Shown: piece by piece, positions 34,811 to 45,536 of the stretch
How the letters are laid out: each line of letters begins with the position of its first letter
Numbering within the stretch: position 1 is the stretch's first letter
From: Schizochytrium sp. TIO01
Taxonomy: Eukaryota; Protista; Bigyra: Labyrinthulomycetes
Assembly: GCA_004764695.1 (NCBI GenBank)
Contig: SMSO01000025.1
Location: 496,001 to 560,000, forward strand
Reading direction: 5' to 3'
DNA: 64,000 nt
The notes under the pieces: model-generated
Told to the model about the DNA's origin: nothing
What the model saw: only the letters and a program-made list of their open reading frames with translations
The model's database searches: none
Translations under genes and position numbers: made by a program

Positions 34811-37546
34811 CTAGATACTCTGGAAAAGATCATCAAACTGATCCATCATACTCATAGGTGCTACTGAGCCGTCTCCTGCGATGGCATCATCTCTGTATTT
34901 CCTGCCATCGCTGTAGTCAACAGCCATATTAAGGAAGGAAAGGTCCTCGAGAAGGTTGCTCGAATCGTCACCATTGACAACCGTAGCACTCGGATCAAGA
35001 GAGGATTGCTGATCAGAACTGGAGAAAAGGTCGTCATTTTGTGGGAAGGAACTAATGTTGAAGAGATCAAAGTCGATTTGGTTCGAGCTTTGAGGCTTGG
35101 TAGTGTTCTTCTTTCCACGTGCTCCCTTTTTGGTAGGCCCTGTCTTAGTAACCTTAGTGGTGCTTTTCGTAGCAGTCTTTTTCTTTGTCGTCTTGTTTGC
35201 AAGAGTTGGGTCATCAAGGTACAAGTTGCCACGACGCGTAGTTGCGCCACCAGTTTGCATACTCATACCTTGGTTTGAACTGGAATGGCTAAACGTGAAG
35301 TCGAAGGATTGATTCAGATCAGGCCAGAACGCATCAGCAGCGCTCATTTGTTGGGTTGGGGTCTGCTGGGGGCCAGGGCTTTGGTAGTCATTAGACATTG
35401 GAGCAGAAGACGAGAAGAAGCTCTGACCTTGGCCATTAGAACCAAAATTATCAAAGTTGAAGCTGTTGGAAAGAAATCCATCATCTTGCTTGTCTACCAC
35501 CTTACTCTTGTGCATGTTTTGATGTTCGCGAGCATTTTGTACTGGCTGCTGAAAGTCGTTAACATGTACACCAGAAAAGGCATGTCCCAAGTCAGACGCC
35601 TCGTCTTGTTGCTCCTGACGGTGAGCTTGTGGCTGATGAAATTGCTGCTGGTGCTGCTGGCGCTGGCTTGAGTGCTGACGTTGCTGATGTTGTGCAGAAT
35701 GGCGGTGTGCAGACTGAGACTGATGTTGAGATACCCGCTGGTGTTGGGGTTGGTGCTGGGGTTGGTGCTGGTGATGCTGCTGGTGATGCTGCTGGTGATG
35801 CTGCTGGTGATGCTGCTGGTGATGCTGCTGGTGATGCTGAGGGGTTTGGTGATATCTGTGCTGTTGGTGAAGGTGGGACTGGTGATGCTGATGGTGCTGA
35901 TGGTGCTGATGACTCTCGTGGGGAGAGAGCATGCCGTCGTCATGGCGCATGTAAAAGTTCATGGCACCATTCTGCTCGTGCGTGGCTTGATGATGTCCTC
36001 TAGATACATGAGACGCGTGCTGTCCGTGCGACGAGGCCCCGTTGACACCTGAAGCTCCAAGGAAGAATGCTCCATCTGGCATCATCATGGCAGTACCAAA
36101 ACCAAGGTCAGGCGTAGCCTTCTTGACCTTTGCAGCTTGTTTCCGTGCCGCAGCCTTGCTTGCCTTCTTCTCGGCCTGAAGACGCTTCTTCTCAGCCACC
36201 TTCTGTTCACGCATCAGCTTGGCAGCCTCTTGCTTTTCGCGCTTTTCACGATCCTTCTTTTCCTTCTTTTCGCGCTTCTTTGCAACCGCAGCTGCCTTTT
36301 TGGCAGCCTTTTCGGCCTCCTTCTCGGGATCCGGACCACGCTCTGCACGATCATTTTGAAGCTTGCGTCGCATTGCGGAATTCCATCGGTTCTTTACAGC
36401 ATTCTCACTGCGGCCAGGAATAAGGCTTGCGATCTGACACCATTTATTTCCCAGAGTAGTCTGTGCCTCCATAAGAATGCGATCTTCTTCCGCAGACCAG
36501 GGCTCCTTTTTAAGAGTCGGGTCAAGGTGGTTAAACCAGCGCTCGCGGCACTGCTTGCCGAGACGGCCAGGTAGCTGATTAGCAATTACAGACCACTTGA
36601 TATTGCCTAGTCCGTACTTTTCGACCATGCGGACGACGACAGTATCTTCTTCCTTCGTCCAAGAGCCCTTCACCAGACCAGGCTTAAGGACCTTTTGCCA
36701 ACGGTGAAGGCACTGGACATCTGTGCGGCGGCCACCAAAAGCCACTTGAGAGATCTTTTTCCAGTTCTTGGCGCCCATCTCCGCCACAGTCTGTCTAAGA
36801 ATATTGTCTTCTTCAGGACCCCAGCGACCTCCAGACTTAATTGGCGAATCTTCATCGTCTCCAAGCAGGTCTGAACTGCTCGGAGTTTTTGAGCTCATGT
36901 TGTAAAAACTCAGTGAAGACGCGGAAGAAGATGGTGTAGACACGGTGCTTGGACGTGGTACAACTTTGGTTGTGCTTGGCGTGCTTGGGCCCTGTTGATT
37001 CTGCATGGAAGGTTGTGTGTGCCTAAGAGTCCCTGTGCTAGCAGTTGCAACCATTGCACCGTTGTTACTTTGTGCCTTGTTGATAAGGCTTGGGCGCATG
37101 ATCATGCTGCTGGAAGATTGCACAGTCATAACATGCGGTGTTGTAGAGATAAGAGCCGAGGGCAAGGCAGATCTATCACCAGATTGACCTTGAGCCGCAA
37201 GAGTGGCTGGTGACGGGTTATGGTTGTGCTTCTTGAAACTGTCTTGTGAAGAAAGGCCACCGGAAGTGCTCAGCATGTCTCCGGCCGGCATGGCAGGAGA
37301 TGGTGGCTCCCGTTTATTGTTGATAGAGCTTGTGGTTCCCGATGATGCGCTTGTAGCTGAGATGTACCTATCCGTTGCTGAGATTGGCATTCCGATAGCT
37401 GACGATTCGTACTCATCGTCATGCATATGCATGTGTTGGTGCTGCTGCCGTTGGTGTTGGTAGGAGTGCTCGCTCGTCTCTTGGACTGGAACCATGCTGT
37501 GTGCCTGTGTGGTGGAGGCAACCATTACTTCGTCTGAAGAGCTCAT
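34811..37546 (-). CDS. MYB3R: Three-repeat MYB transcription factor (3R-MYB; c-/B-Myb-like), 911 aa
   Basis: R1 GRWGPEEDNIL..RTDVQCLHRWQKVLKP, R2 KGSWTKEED..GKQCRERWFNHLDP and R3 WSAEEDRIL..GRSENAVKNRWNS, followed by a Lys/Glu-rich helix and a His/Gln low-complexity region. Confidence 0.95.
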   Translation of the reverse strand: MSSSDEVMVASTTQAHSMVPVQETSEHSYQHQRQQHQHMHMHDDEYESSAIGMPISATDRYISATSASSGTTSSINNKREPPSPAMPAGDMLSTSGGLSSQDSFKKHNHNPSPATLAAQGQSGDRSALPSALISTTPHVMTVQSSSSMIMRPSLINKAQSNNGAMVATASTGTLRHTQPSMQNQQGPSTPSTTKVVPRPSTVSTPSSSASSLSFYNMSSKTPSSSDLLGDDEDSPIKSGGRWGPEEDNILRQTVAEMGAKNWKKISQVAFGGRRTDVQCLHRWQKVLKPGLVKGSWTKEEDTVVVRMVEKYGLGNIKWSVIANQLPGRLGKQCRERWFNHLDPTLKKEPWSAEEDRILMEAQTTLGNKWCQIASLIPGRSENAVKNRWNSAMRRKLQNDRAERGPDPEKEAEKAAKKAAAVAKKREKKEKKDREKREKQEAAKLMREQKVAEKKRLQAEKKASKAAARKQAAKVKKATPDLGFGTAMMMPDGAFFLGASGVNGASSHGQHASHVSRGHHQATHEQNGAMNFYMRHDDGMLSPHESHQHHQHHQHHQSHLHQQHRYHQTPQHHQQHHQQHHQQHHQQHHQQHHQHQPQHQPQHQRVSQHQSQSAHRHSAQHQQRQHSSQRQQHQQQFHQPQAHRQEQQDEASDLGHAFSGVHVNDFQQPVQNAREHQNMHKSKVVDKQDDGFLSNSFNFDNFGSNGQGQSFFSSSAPMSNDYQSPGPQQTPTQQMSAADAFWPDLNQSFDFTFSHSSSNQGMSMQTGGATTRRGNLYLDDPTLANKTTKKKTATKSTTKVTKTGPTKKGARGKKNTTKPQSSNQIDFDLFNISSFPQNDDLFSSSDQQSSLDPSATVVNGDDSSNLLEDLSFLNMAVDYSDGRKYRDDAIAGDGSVAPMSMMDQFDDLFQSI
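35640..35910 (-). repeat. Coding His/Gln-rich repeat, including a 12-nt unit encoding HQQH, within 3R-MYB
   Basis: (ggtgatgctgct)n on the + strand at about 35770-35840, plus related 9-nt units. Confidence 0.9.
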
Positions 37547-37752
37547 CCTTTATGCATACGATGCTAGTGTCTTACAAGTGGTGAATTTCGTGCTTTTTGG
37601 TGAAGTCCTGCTCGCTGTTGACGATGGAAATGCAGACCACGTTCAGCAAGTCCTTCCAGCTGAGGCTATTTCTCCTGGCCAGAGTTTGTCTTCGAGGGTA
37701 GGTTATGCTGGACGACTCGCGTACTTGCGAGAGTTACGCACCAGCGTAATGC

Positions 37753-37817
37753 CTTTCGCGCGGTCACGAGCTGGTTAGCTAATGGACAGCAATCAATGCG
37801 AGTCCCGCTCGCGAAAG
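37753..37817. promoter_or_regulatory. Candidate E2F sites (inverted pair) upstream of 3R-MYB
   Basis: TTTCGCGC at 37754-37761 (matches TTTSSCGC) and inverted CGCGAAAG at 37810-37817, about 210-270 nt upstream of the MYB ATG. Confidence 0.45.
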
Positions 37818-38193
37818 CGACCGTCAGGTTCTAGCGTTCGTCTGCCAACGTCCTCTCGCCAGCGAGCAGTTCGCTCGCCAACGATCGAATATGGTTCTCA
37901 CTCGGCAAGCAAAAAGTCGTCAACTTGCTTGAACCGATATTAACAGCTACTTCTCGCTTCCTACGCTTCTCATAAGGAACCCCTCTAGCGATAATTCCTA
38001 GGAACTTCATCAGCTATCCGCTGACAGATCAGAACTGATGTCACCTCCTTTTCAATATCACTAAAGTCCTCTCCAATACACACCCCCTTTTCTTCCACGC
38101 ACTTTTCGCAGGCCTTTTATTTGGTTCCTACTCGCCCCTGTCTCCAGCATGTTACTGGGTACTACCAGAGTCCTACTTCTACACGCTTTCTTA

Positions 38194-38227
<34 letters not shown>

Positions 38228-39571
38228 CTTTTATTCCCTTCGTTAACCTTTGCACTACAGCGCATCTCTCACAGTCACATTCGCGTCTCCGTAAGCCGCA
38301 TTTCCACCTCCAGACTTCGCTAAAATGGGCAACTCCAGGCGCTACACAAGTCAAATATCCACAAAACCTTCATCGAATGCAACCACATCCACCGCTCCAC
38401 CGCCTCCACGCGCTACTTTTAGCTTCTCTCCTTCCCATGCAAGCTTCGACTTCTCTGCAGCACGTGCCCTCCTCCTCCTGCTCACTCTCACTTTCCTATG
38501 CAAGCATTCGCCCACTAACTCAATAACTCACCCTCCCTCTCCCTCAGCGCACCTCCCATCAACTCCCAGGCCCCTCCTACTCACTCCTACTGGGGCCCTC
38601 CTTTCTCCCCTTTGCGTCCAACGGATTCTCTCAACGGATCCCTCGAACTTCGCAAGGTTCTCAGCCGCCGCTTTTTCCGCCTGCTTTTCTCCCTTTCTTA
38701 CTGACTACTACACTTTATCCTAAGCTAGGCCTTACCCATACCGTTGATGGTCTTCCACCTTACGATAGTAGGAATTTAATACATATATCTATTAGCAAAA
38801 GGCTATCTGTTAAGGTAGTTTTAAAGGCGAAGGGCCTTAATATGATCGCGACGCGGCCGGGAACACCTTATTTAGGTCCTAAGTCGCAACTACGGTAAAC
38901 TCTGGACACCGCAAATGAGGAGGTAAGCAGAGATTAAGGTAGCAAACTTGTGGTGCCGAGCGGATGGAGGAGAGGAGGCGGGGAACGGAGGGAATAGAGT
39001 GAAGGCGGGCTTTGAATTCCAGGCGGCAGAAGTCTGACTGGAGGAGCACGACACCAGGTAGGTGCTGCGAGGACGGAGAAGCTGCGCGGGGCGTAGCTCG
39101 GAGCCCGCCGCCACCGCTACTACACTTGCGAGGTCCACTACACTGCCTCTGTGCGGTACTGGGCTGCCTCTGCTACGCGAGATGCCGCATTCCATGGCAT
39201 CGGCATGCATCCATGCAGGCTCATGCTAGCTTATATCGGCTTGGGCTGGCTGGAATGGCCCCTAGGAGCACCAAAAGGACCTCTTCGACATCAAATAGGC
39301 ACTCGGTGGCGCAGAGGACGCTTTCTCCCCGCTACCGCGCGGCTTTTGGCGGCGATGGACGCGGCTCGGGGCTGGCGAGAGGCCCTAACCCTACTTTTTG
39401 GTCTTCTAGGAGTCAGATGGCATTTACTAGGATGGCAGTGGCTATACTATTATGCGGATACAAAGGTAAAGGGAACATTGACAACTAACTATACTCTCGG
39501 TGCTTGCAATTCCGATTGTGCTTGACTGATTGCTCTCTGCAGGTACGGGTCTCAGCATCTAGCCGTGCACG

Positions 39572-40623
39572 ATGAAGTTCAACATCGCCTGCCCGGAGAC
39601 GGGTAAACAGAAGATGATCGAGATCGACGTAAGTGAAAGATGGCTAAGTGGCATGAGCCGCTTGGGTACTTGTGTGGCCGCGGTGATCCTTCGTCACTAA
39701 GAGTCTCTATTCAGTTACTAGGGATCAGTGGCTGGATGGAGGTTGAGCGCGGCCAACGCAAATCTCGCATGGTGTAGAAGAGCATTCGCTTGATGATCAT
39801 TCTATCCCGCGCACAGGGGTCGTGGATATCGTTCAGATGACTTGCTTGCCGACACCGTGTTGAGATAGGTTGCTGTTGTAACAGATGATGATGAACCATA
39901 ATGGAAGCTGACTGTAGAGTTTGATATTGAATTATGATTAAATTTACACAGGATGAGCGTCGTCTTCGTGCCGTCTACGACAAGCGCATCGCTCAGGAGG
40001 TCGTCGGTGACGAGCTCGGTGATGAGTTCAAGGGCTACATCTTCCGTATCTCCGGCGGTAACGACAAGCAGGGCTTCCCCATGAAGCAGGGTGTCTTGAC
40101 CACCAAGCGTGTTCGCCTTCTCTTGAACAAGGACGTGAGCTGCTACAGACCCCGCAAGAAGGGTGAGCGCAAGCGCAAGTCCGTTCGTGGCTGCATTGTC
40201 GCTGCTGATATTTCCATTCTTAACCTCGTCATCGTTAAGATCGGCGAGCAGGAGGTTGCCGGCCTCACCGACGGCGAGCCCGTCCCCAACCGCCTTGTGC
40301 CCAAGCGCGCCAACAACATCCGTAAGTTGTTCGGCCTCACCAAGGAAGACGATGTGACCAAGTATGTCATCCGCCGTGAGTTCACCACCAAGACCGGCAA
40401 GACCAAGTCCAAGGCCCCCAAGATCCAGCGTTTGATTACCCCTGCCCGCATCCAGCGCAAGAAGCGCGCCTTCGCCCTCAAGCTCAAGCAGCAAGAGAAG
40501 GTCCGCAAGGAGGAGCAGGCTTACCAGAAGCTTTACCAGCAGCGTGTTGCCGAGGCCAAGGAGCGCCGTGCTTCCGAGGCTTCCAAGCGCCGTTCCCGTC
40601 TGTCCAAGGACGGCAAGAACTAA
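39572..40623 (+). CDS. RPS6: 40S ribosomal protein S6 (eS6); exons 39572-39628 and 39952-40623 (242 aa); probable additional 5'UTR intron ending at 39542
   Basis: [19 protein letters not shown]|[44 protein letters not shown]; phase-0 GTAAGT..ACAG intron; strong highly-expressed codon bias. Confidence 0.98.
39675..39911 (+). ncRNA. Candidate structured intronic RNA (snoRNA-like or autoregulatory element) in the RPS6 intron
   Basis: Hairpin GGCCGC-GG-TGATCCT..AGGGATCA-GTGGCT (39676-39733), AGAGCA (ANANNA) at about 39779, a second stem CTATC..GATAG followed by ACA; also TGATGA and CTGA boxes. By-eye only. Confidence 0.3.
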
Positions 40624-41604
40624 GCCAAATTATTCGCCAACCCCCTTTTTTGCAATTTGTTTGCTGCTTTTACATGACAACTCCACATCTTTCCCCCTTC
40701 CACCCAAAGAAACCAGATCACAACTCTTGATTTGTCTTGCTTTTGCTTGATTACTTGCCACTCCTGTTTCATTCCCTCCAATGGTTTCCCTTGTGCTGTC
40801 TACTTGCCCTGTAGGGACAGTCTTCTTGATTGTATTATCGTGGGCGCAGAGTTAGGTTATGCGGCAAGTAGAAAATGTTGCATATTTGCTTGATTGACTC
40901 AATTCAGATTCTTGTCTCTTCCTTGTTCTGTACTTCCATGATCCTGAAGTAACCCTGAGCTTGTCGGAATCGGGGATAGACACTTATTTTTTCAAATTGT
41001 ATGATTCTATTTGACTTTTTCACATGTGATGAGAAAAAAGCCCTGTGTTCGTTTATATGCGAGGTAATTAATTAATATGCAGTATATAAAACTAGGTAAT
41101 ACCGGGGTGAACACGAGCCTTTTCAAGGTATATCTGATTGTATTTGAACTTTTTTTCAATCCATGGCACTATTAGAAAGACCCATTGTTTAGTTGGGTCA
41201 GGCTTTCTAAAATTGGCAAAACCCAAGTGTTTGCACTGAAATGATATAGTCTCCCTGCTTAATCTCTTATTTTGGTCCTTGGTAGGCTATCTCTCTTAGT
41301 ATTCTCCCGATATCTAGCTAAAGGATTCTTATGAATGAAAGTAGTTGTGGTGAGAATAGACTTGTTACTAGCAACAGTAAGCAGAAGAGAAAATCTTGCG
41401 CAAGAACACAAAGCATATCTCTGTATCTGTGTGTAACGCAATTTGCAAAGGCGGGCTTTGTTTTAAGCCACGCTATCGATAAGAGGAGCCTCTATCGCAT
41501 CATACACACAGGTGCACGGCTCTAAAAAAGGGTTCTGAGGTTGTACTAAGGCAACTATTAGTTGGTGCCAAACTGGTGCAGATCGCACCCACTTTTCGAC
41601 AGCA

Positions 41605-42980
41605 ATGACCAAGAACTGGCGAGAAGCTGTCTCTGAGCGTGTGGCATGGTTGAGAAGAGCCCCGCGTTTGAGGTTAGCTCTGGTAATTGCCTGGACACTA
41701 GACTGGCTGGTTAGACTTCTTACGTTTTTCCAACGGGGTCGGCCTTGGTCAGTTGATTCTGTTGAGCAAAGAGGTAGGGAGCTGCACAAGAAATCCTGGT
41801 GCCAGACAAATGGGCTACGTCAAGATACAAAATCAGATATGCAGCCGGTTTTGCCATTATCTGGAACCGATTTAGAGGCAGCACAATTTCATCGCGTGGG
41901 CCTTGGTCATTTCCTTAAAGAATTACCAAACTCTGACTTTTCGTTTGTCGGCAAGTTTTTGCCGTTGCCGCGAATAATGCAAAAGAAGCTGTGCATTGAT
42001 GCGATTCGATCTAATAAGTCATGTGTTCGTGACTATAAACTTCCGCCCATCATCTGGATTGTAAGTCTTCCGCGTACAGGGTCGACTTGGTTGCACCAGC
42101 TTTGCAATAAAGATCCCCAGATTCGCACGCTAAAAGCTTGGGAAATCAAGTATCCCACGGAATGCACACCCGACTGCGGTCCCTCGAAGGAAGAGCGACA
42201 AGAATTCACAAGGAAAGCAATGGCGAAGCTGTATAATATTGTCCCGCGCTTCAAAAAGATCCATCATGTAGAATATAACGATCCAGATGAATGTGTGGGT
42301 GCGTTCGTTGACGGTTGGAGTCCAGAACACTGGCTCTGGGGCATGCTAGATATGCCTCAAACACGAGCGGCTTATCTGAATGAGTCGATGAATGCCCAAT
42401 ATGAGAATTATAAACATATTCTTCAAGCCGTACTTGCTGATGATGCTACGCAAGAACGTGTGAGGTATTCTAGATTGGTTCTGAAGTCTCCACACCATAT
42501 TGTGAAACTAGACGAGATCGCGCAAGTTTTCCCTGGTTCTAAAATTCTTTGGATTCACCGTGACATGGCGAAGGTTGTTGGGTCGTGCTGTTCTATGAAT
42601 CAAGCTGTATTAGATACGCTTTGTCCATGGTATGTTGACCCACATGTCTTAGGTGAGAGAACTCTAAGGGCTCTGAGTCAAGCTAATGCAAAGGGTTTAG
42701 CTGATCGAGAGCGTCTAGAAGCTTGTGGTGCTCTTCAATTTGCGGACATTATGTATGATGAATTAAAAGAGACCCATGTGAAACCTTGCGAAATGCAATG
42801 AGAAAACTTAACGTGGATTTGCACGAGCAAACACTGGAAGCAATTCGCAAAGAGTATCAAACAATCGAGCAAGCAGAACCTGGTTTATTGTCTCCATTGC
42901 AAGAAACATCGAGCGGGGCTCATAGCTATGAGCTAGAGGCGTTTGGATTATGCCCTGAGCAAGTATACAACTCCTTTTAA
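41605..42980 (+). CDS. PAPS-dependent sulfotransferase (Sulfotransfer_3 / Stf-like), about 458 aa after correcting a 1-nt frameshift at 42765-42768
   Basis: 5'-PSB loop IVSLPRTGSTWLHQL, PDEC, LVLKSPHH and 3'-PB ILWIHRD..VGSCCSM. The expected YDELKxDP..L and HSYELEAFGL C-terminus lies in the adjacent frame (ORF 42786..42980). Confidence 0.88.
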
Positions 42981-43594
42981 ACTGGTGGCCTCGAATCGAT
43001 AAAGAGACCAACCGTCCTTTCTTCCATCCTTTCGTATTAACTTTCAAATTCAAGAGAAAAGCTTGTACTGGCAATTCTGTAGCAAATGCCTACCTACCTA
43101 CTCAGCGATATTATCGTTCTATGAAACATAGAATATAAAAATTAGAACAAACAGAACACGTTCTGAGAACTACTTCAAAGGATAAGAAGAGCAGGCGTCT
43201 CGCGCATACGAGAGTATCACTGTCTTGAATAACACTTGGTTCAAACGAGATCCTAAATTAGCAACAAGTAAGCAAGCTAGTCATCAAGAATAAGTTTCTA
43301 GACTGGAGATAATAAACGACACCGTCGCACTACAACCTTTGGATTTGGGGAATTTGCATACAGAAAACCACGAATTAGTACATAATCAGTAAGTCAATAG
43401 TTTAAGAGAAAGTTTTTGTGTGTGTGTGTGGGATGGTAAAGAACATAGTCTGTGATATGAAAGATTTGCATATCGGACAGACACCAAAAAAAGTGTGTAA
43501 GAGAAAATTCAGGTAGAGGAAATCATCAGAGAGACGTCAACGCAAACATGAGCACTGCGATCAAATCAAACCCACGATTTTAAGAATGAAAAAA

Positions 43595-45536
43595 TCAGAA
43601 TTCGTCGATCTCATCGCGCCCCTGCTTCTTGCGTGCCTTAGTAAGGCAGCGCTTGACGTACTTCTGGAGTTTCTTGAGAGCAGGCGGGTCAAGGGCCTCA
43701 ATGTCCAGCTCAACCTCATCGCCGTCCTCACCCAGAGGCTGGCCAGACTCCTGAATAATCTTGATTACACCCTGAATCATATCGCCCGGAAGTTTGTTGA
43801 TATCCTGACCAAGCTGTCGCATTTCCTGGTAGGAGAGTCGCCGAACATCGTTTTGTGAGCGGTCACGCTTGGGCTTGGGAGGGTCGACAGGAACAGGTGC
43901 AGGTGCAGGCGGCCCGCTGATAGCATGACTGGCATTAAGAGCATGTGCAGGCAACATAGCAGGTGGCCCTTGTACATTGTGAAGATCACGGAACTGTTTG
44001 AGCTGTTGCTCCATTTTTTGCACTTGCTCGCGCAAAAGCTGGACCTCTTCACTCACAACCTCCTTTGTGCTAGAGCGACGAGACGTTGAGCCGATAGAGG
44101 ACTTGGTGCGTTTCTTCGCTGGCGCTGAGGTCACGCCAGCAGTGATATCACCATCATCACTCATATCATCATCGTCATCATTATCTTCCTCATCGGAGGA
44201 GAAGAGATCGCTCATGGTCTTCTTGGTTGGCCCGGCACCGCTTGCGGTATCCTCACTCTTGTTACGCTTGAGGCCCTTTTCCACTAGTGCCAGTTGTTGA
44301 TCCAGCACCAGAAACGCTCAATGCACCAGAAGTCGATCCTCCACCAACAGAGCTTGTCGAAACACTCTTGCGCTTGCGTGATTTGTTCTTGACAAGCTTT
44401 TTAAGTTGGTTCTCGAACATGGACAACAGGCGCTTGGCAGACTGGTGAACACCGTTGGCAGGAGGGTTGAAAGTCATGGCGTTCTCAAAAGTGAGGCGAA
44501 CATCGCGGGAAGCATCCTCGTGTGAAACATAGACCCTGTTATCAAGGTTCTTCATCACAGTGCCGAGGTCCATAGGCTCCTTGATAATGTCATGGTAAGT
44601 GGTTAGACCCATACCCACTGCGTCGACAGGCATATGGAACCATCCCTCCTTATCACTACGCATGACATCACGAACAATACCCTTGATCTTGATCAAATTC
44701 TGCTGTGCGCGGTCATCCACGGCATCCTCGGTGAGGTGTGATGGAGCACGACGCATACGAGGGGGGTTCTTTGCCAAGCTATTAATGATGGCTGCATCAG
44801 GACCGGACACCAAGCTATCGATACTCGCGCGAGATTGCTTACGCTGCACAGCAGGAGCCGGGGTAGTGGACTTGCGCTGTGCGGCGGGAGTAGCGGTCTT
44901 GGATTTTGTGGGTCGTCGAGCAGCAGCTGCTCGACGGATATCCGTAGTTGGCTTGTCGTACTTGTACTCACGGTACAGGTTAAGTGCACCCGTCGCCAAG
45001 ACGAGCGTACCTTCCAGACTGTAGTACCCATAAAGGTTCGTGCCAGAACCGATAACCTTTACCGTGCCGTTCGGAAGACTCTCATCGCGGGAGAATTCAA
45101 ACACCACGTTCTTCTCCGTCACTTTTTTCTTCTTACCGTTAAGCGACATGAAAAAGTGACCAGAAAATGTTGCATTGCTGTATAGGTCGGCATCATCACC
45201 AGGCGAAAGGAGGCCACCAACATCATTTGACTCCTGCGAGTCATGGACGTTATCCCGAATGTAGCCAAAGTCGCTGATGATGCCGCCATCGAAAGCGTTA
45301 TCGTCCATACCCCATTGGCCCTCCCAGACCACGAGGTCTCCCTTACGTTTCAGGATGCCACGCAGTGCGGGTCGTAGGATTGCTGCCTTGGGTGGTGTTG
45401 ATGCAGACAGGGTGTCTGGCGCACCGTTGTCTGTTTCCATGTCATCCATCGGGGGTTTGGTGCCGTTCGAGTTCGTTTGTGTCATTGAGGAATCTTGCAC
45501 GGAGTTCATCATAGAGTTTTCTGTGCTAGTTGCCAT
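43595..45536 (-). CDS. GTE/BET-type protein with a single bromodomain and an ET domain, about 646 aa after correcting a 1-nt frameshift at 44274-44280
   Basis: Bromodomain WFHMPVD..YHDIIKEPMDLGTV..DVRLTFENAMTFNPP in ORF 44262..45683 (ATG 45536). ET domain LSYQEMRQLGQDINKLPGD..DEVELDIEALDPPALKKLQKYV in ORF 43595..44308. Confidence 0.9.

Noticed and set aside
39802-40494. 230-aa minus-strand ORF
   Set aside because: Antisense to RPS6; stop-free because of strong codon bias.
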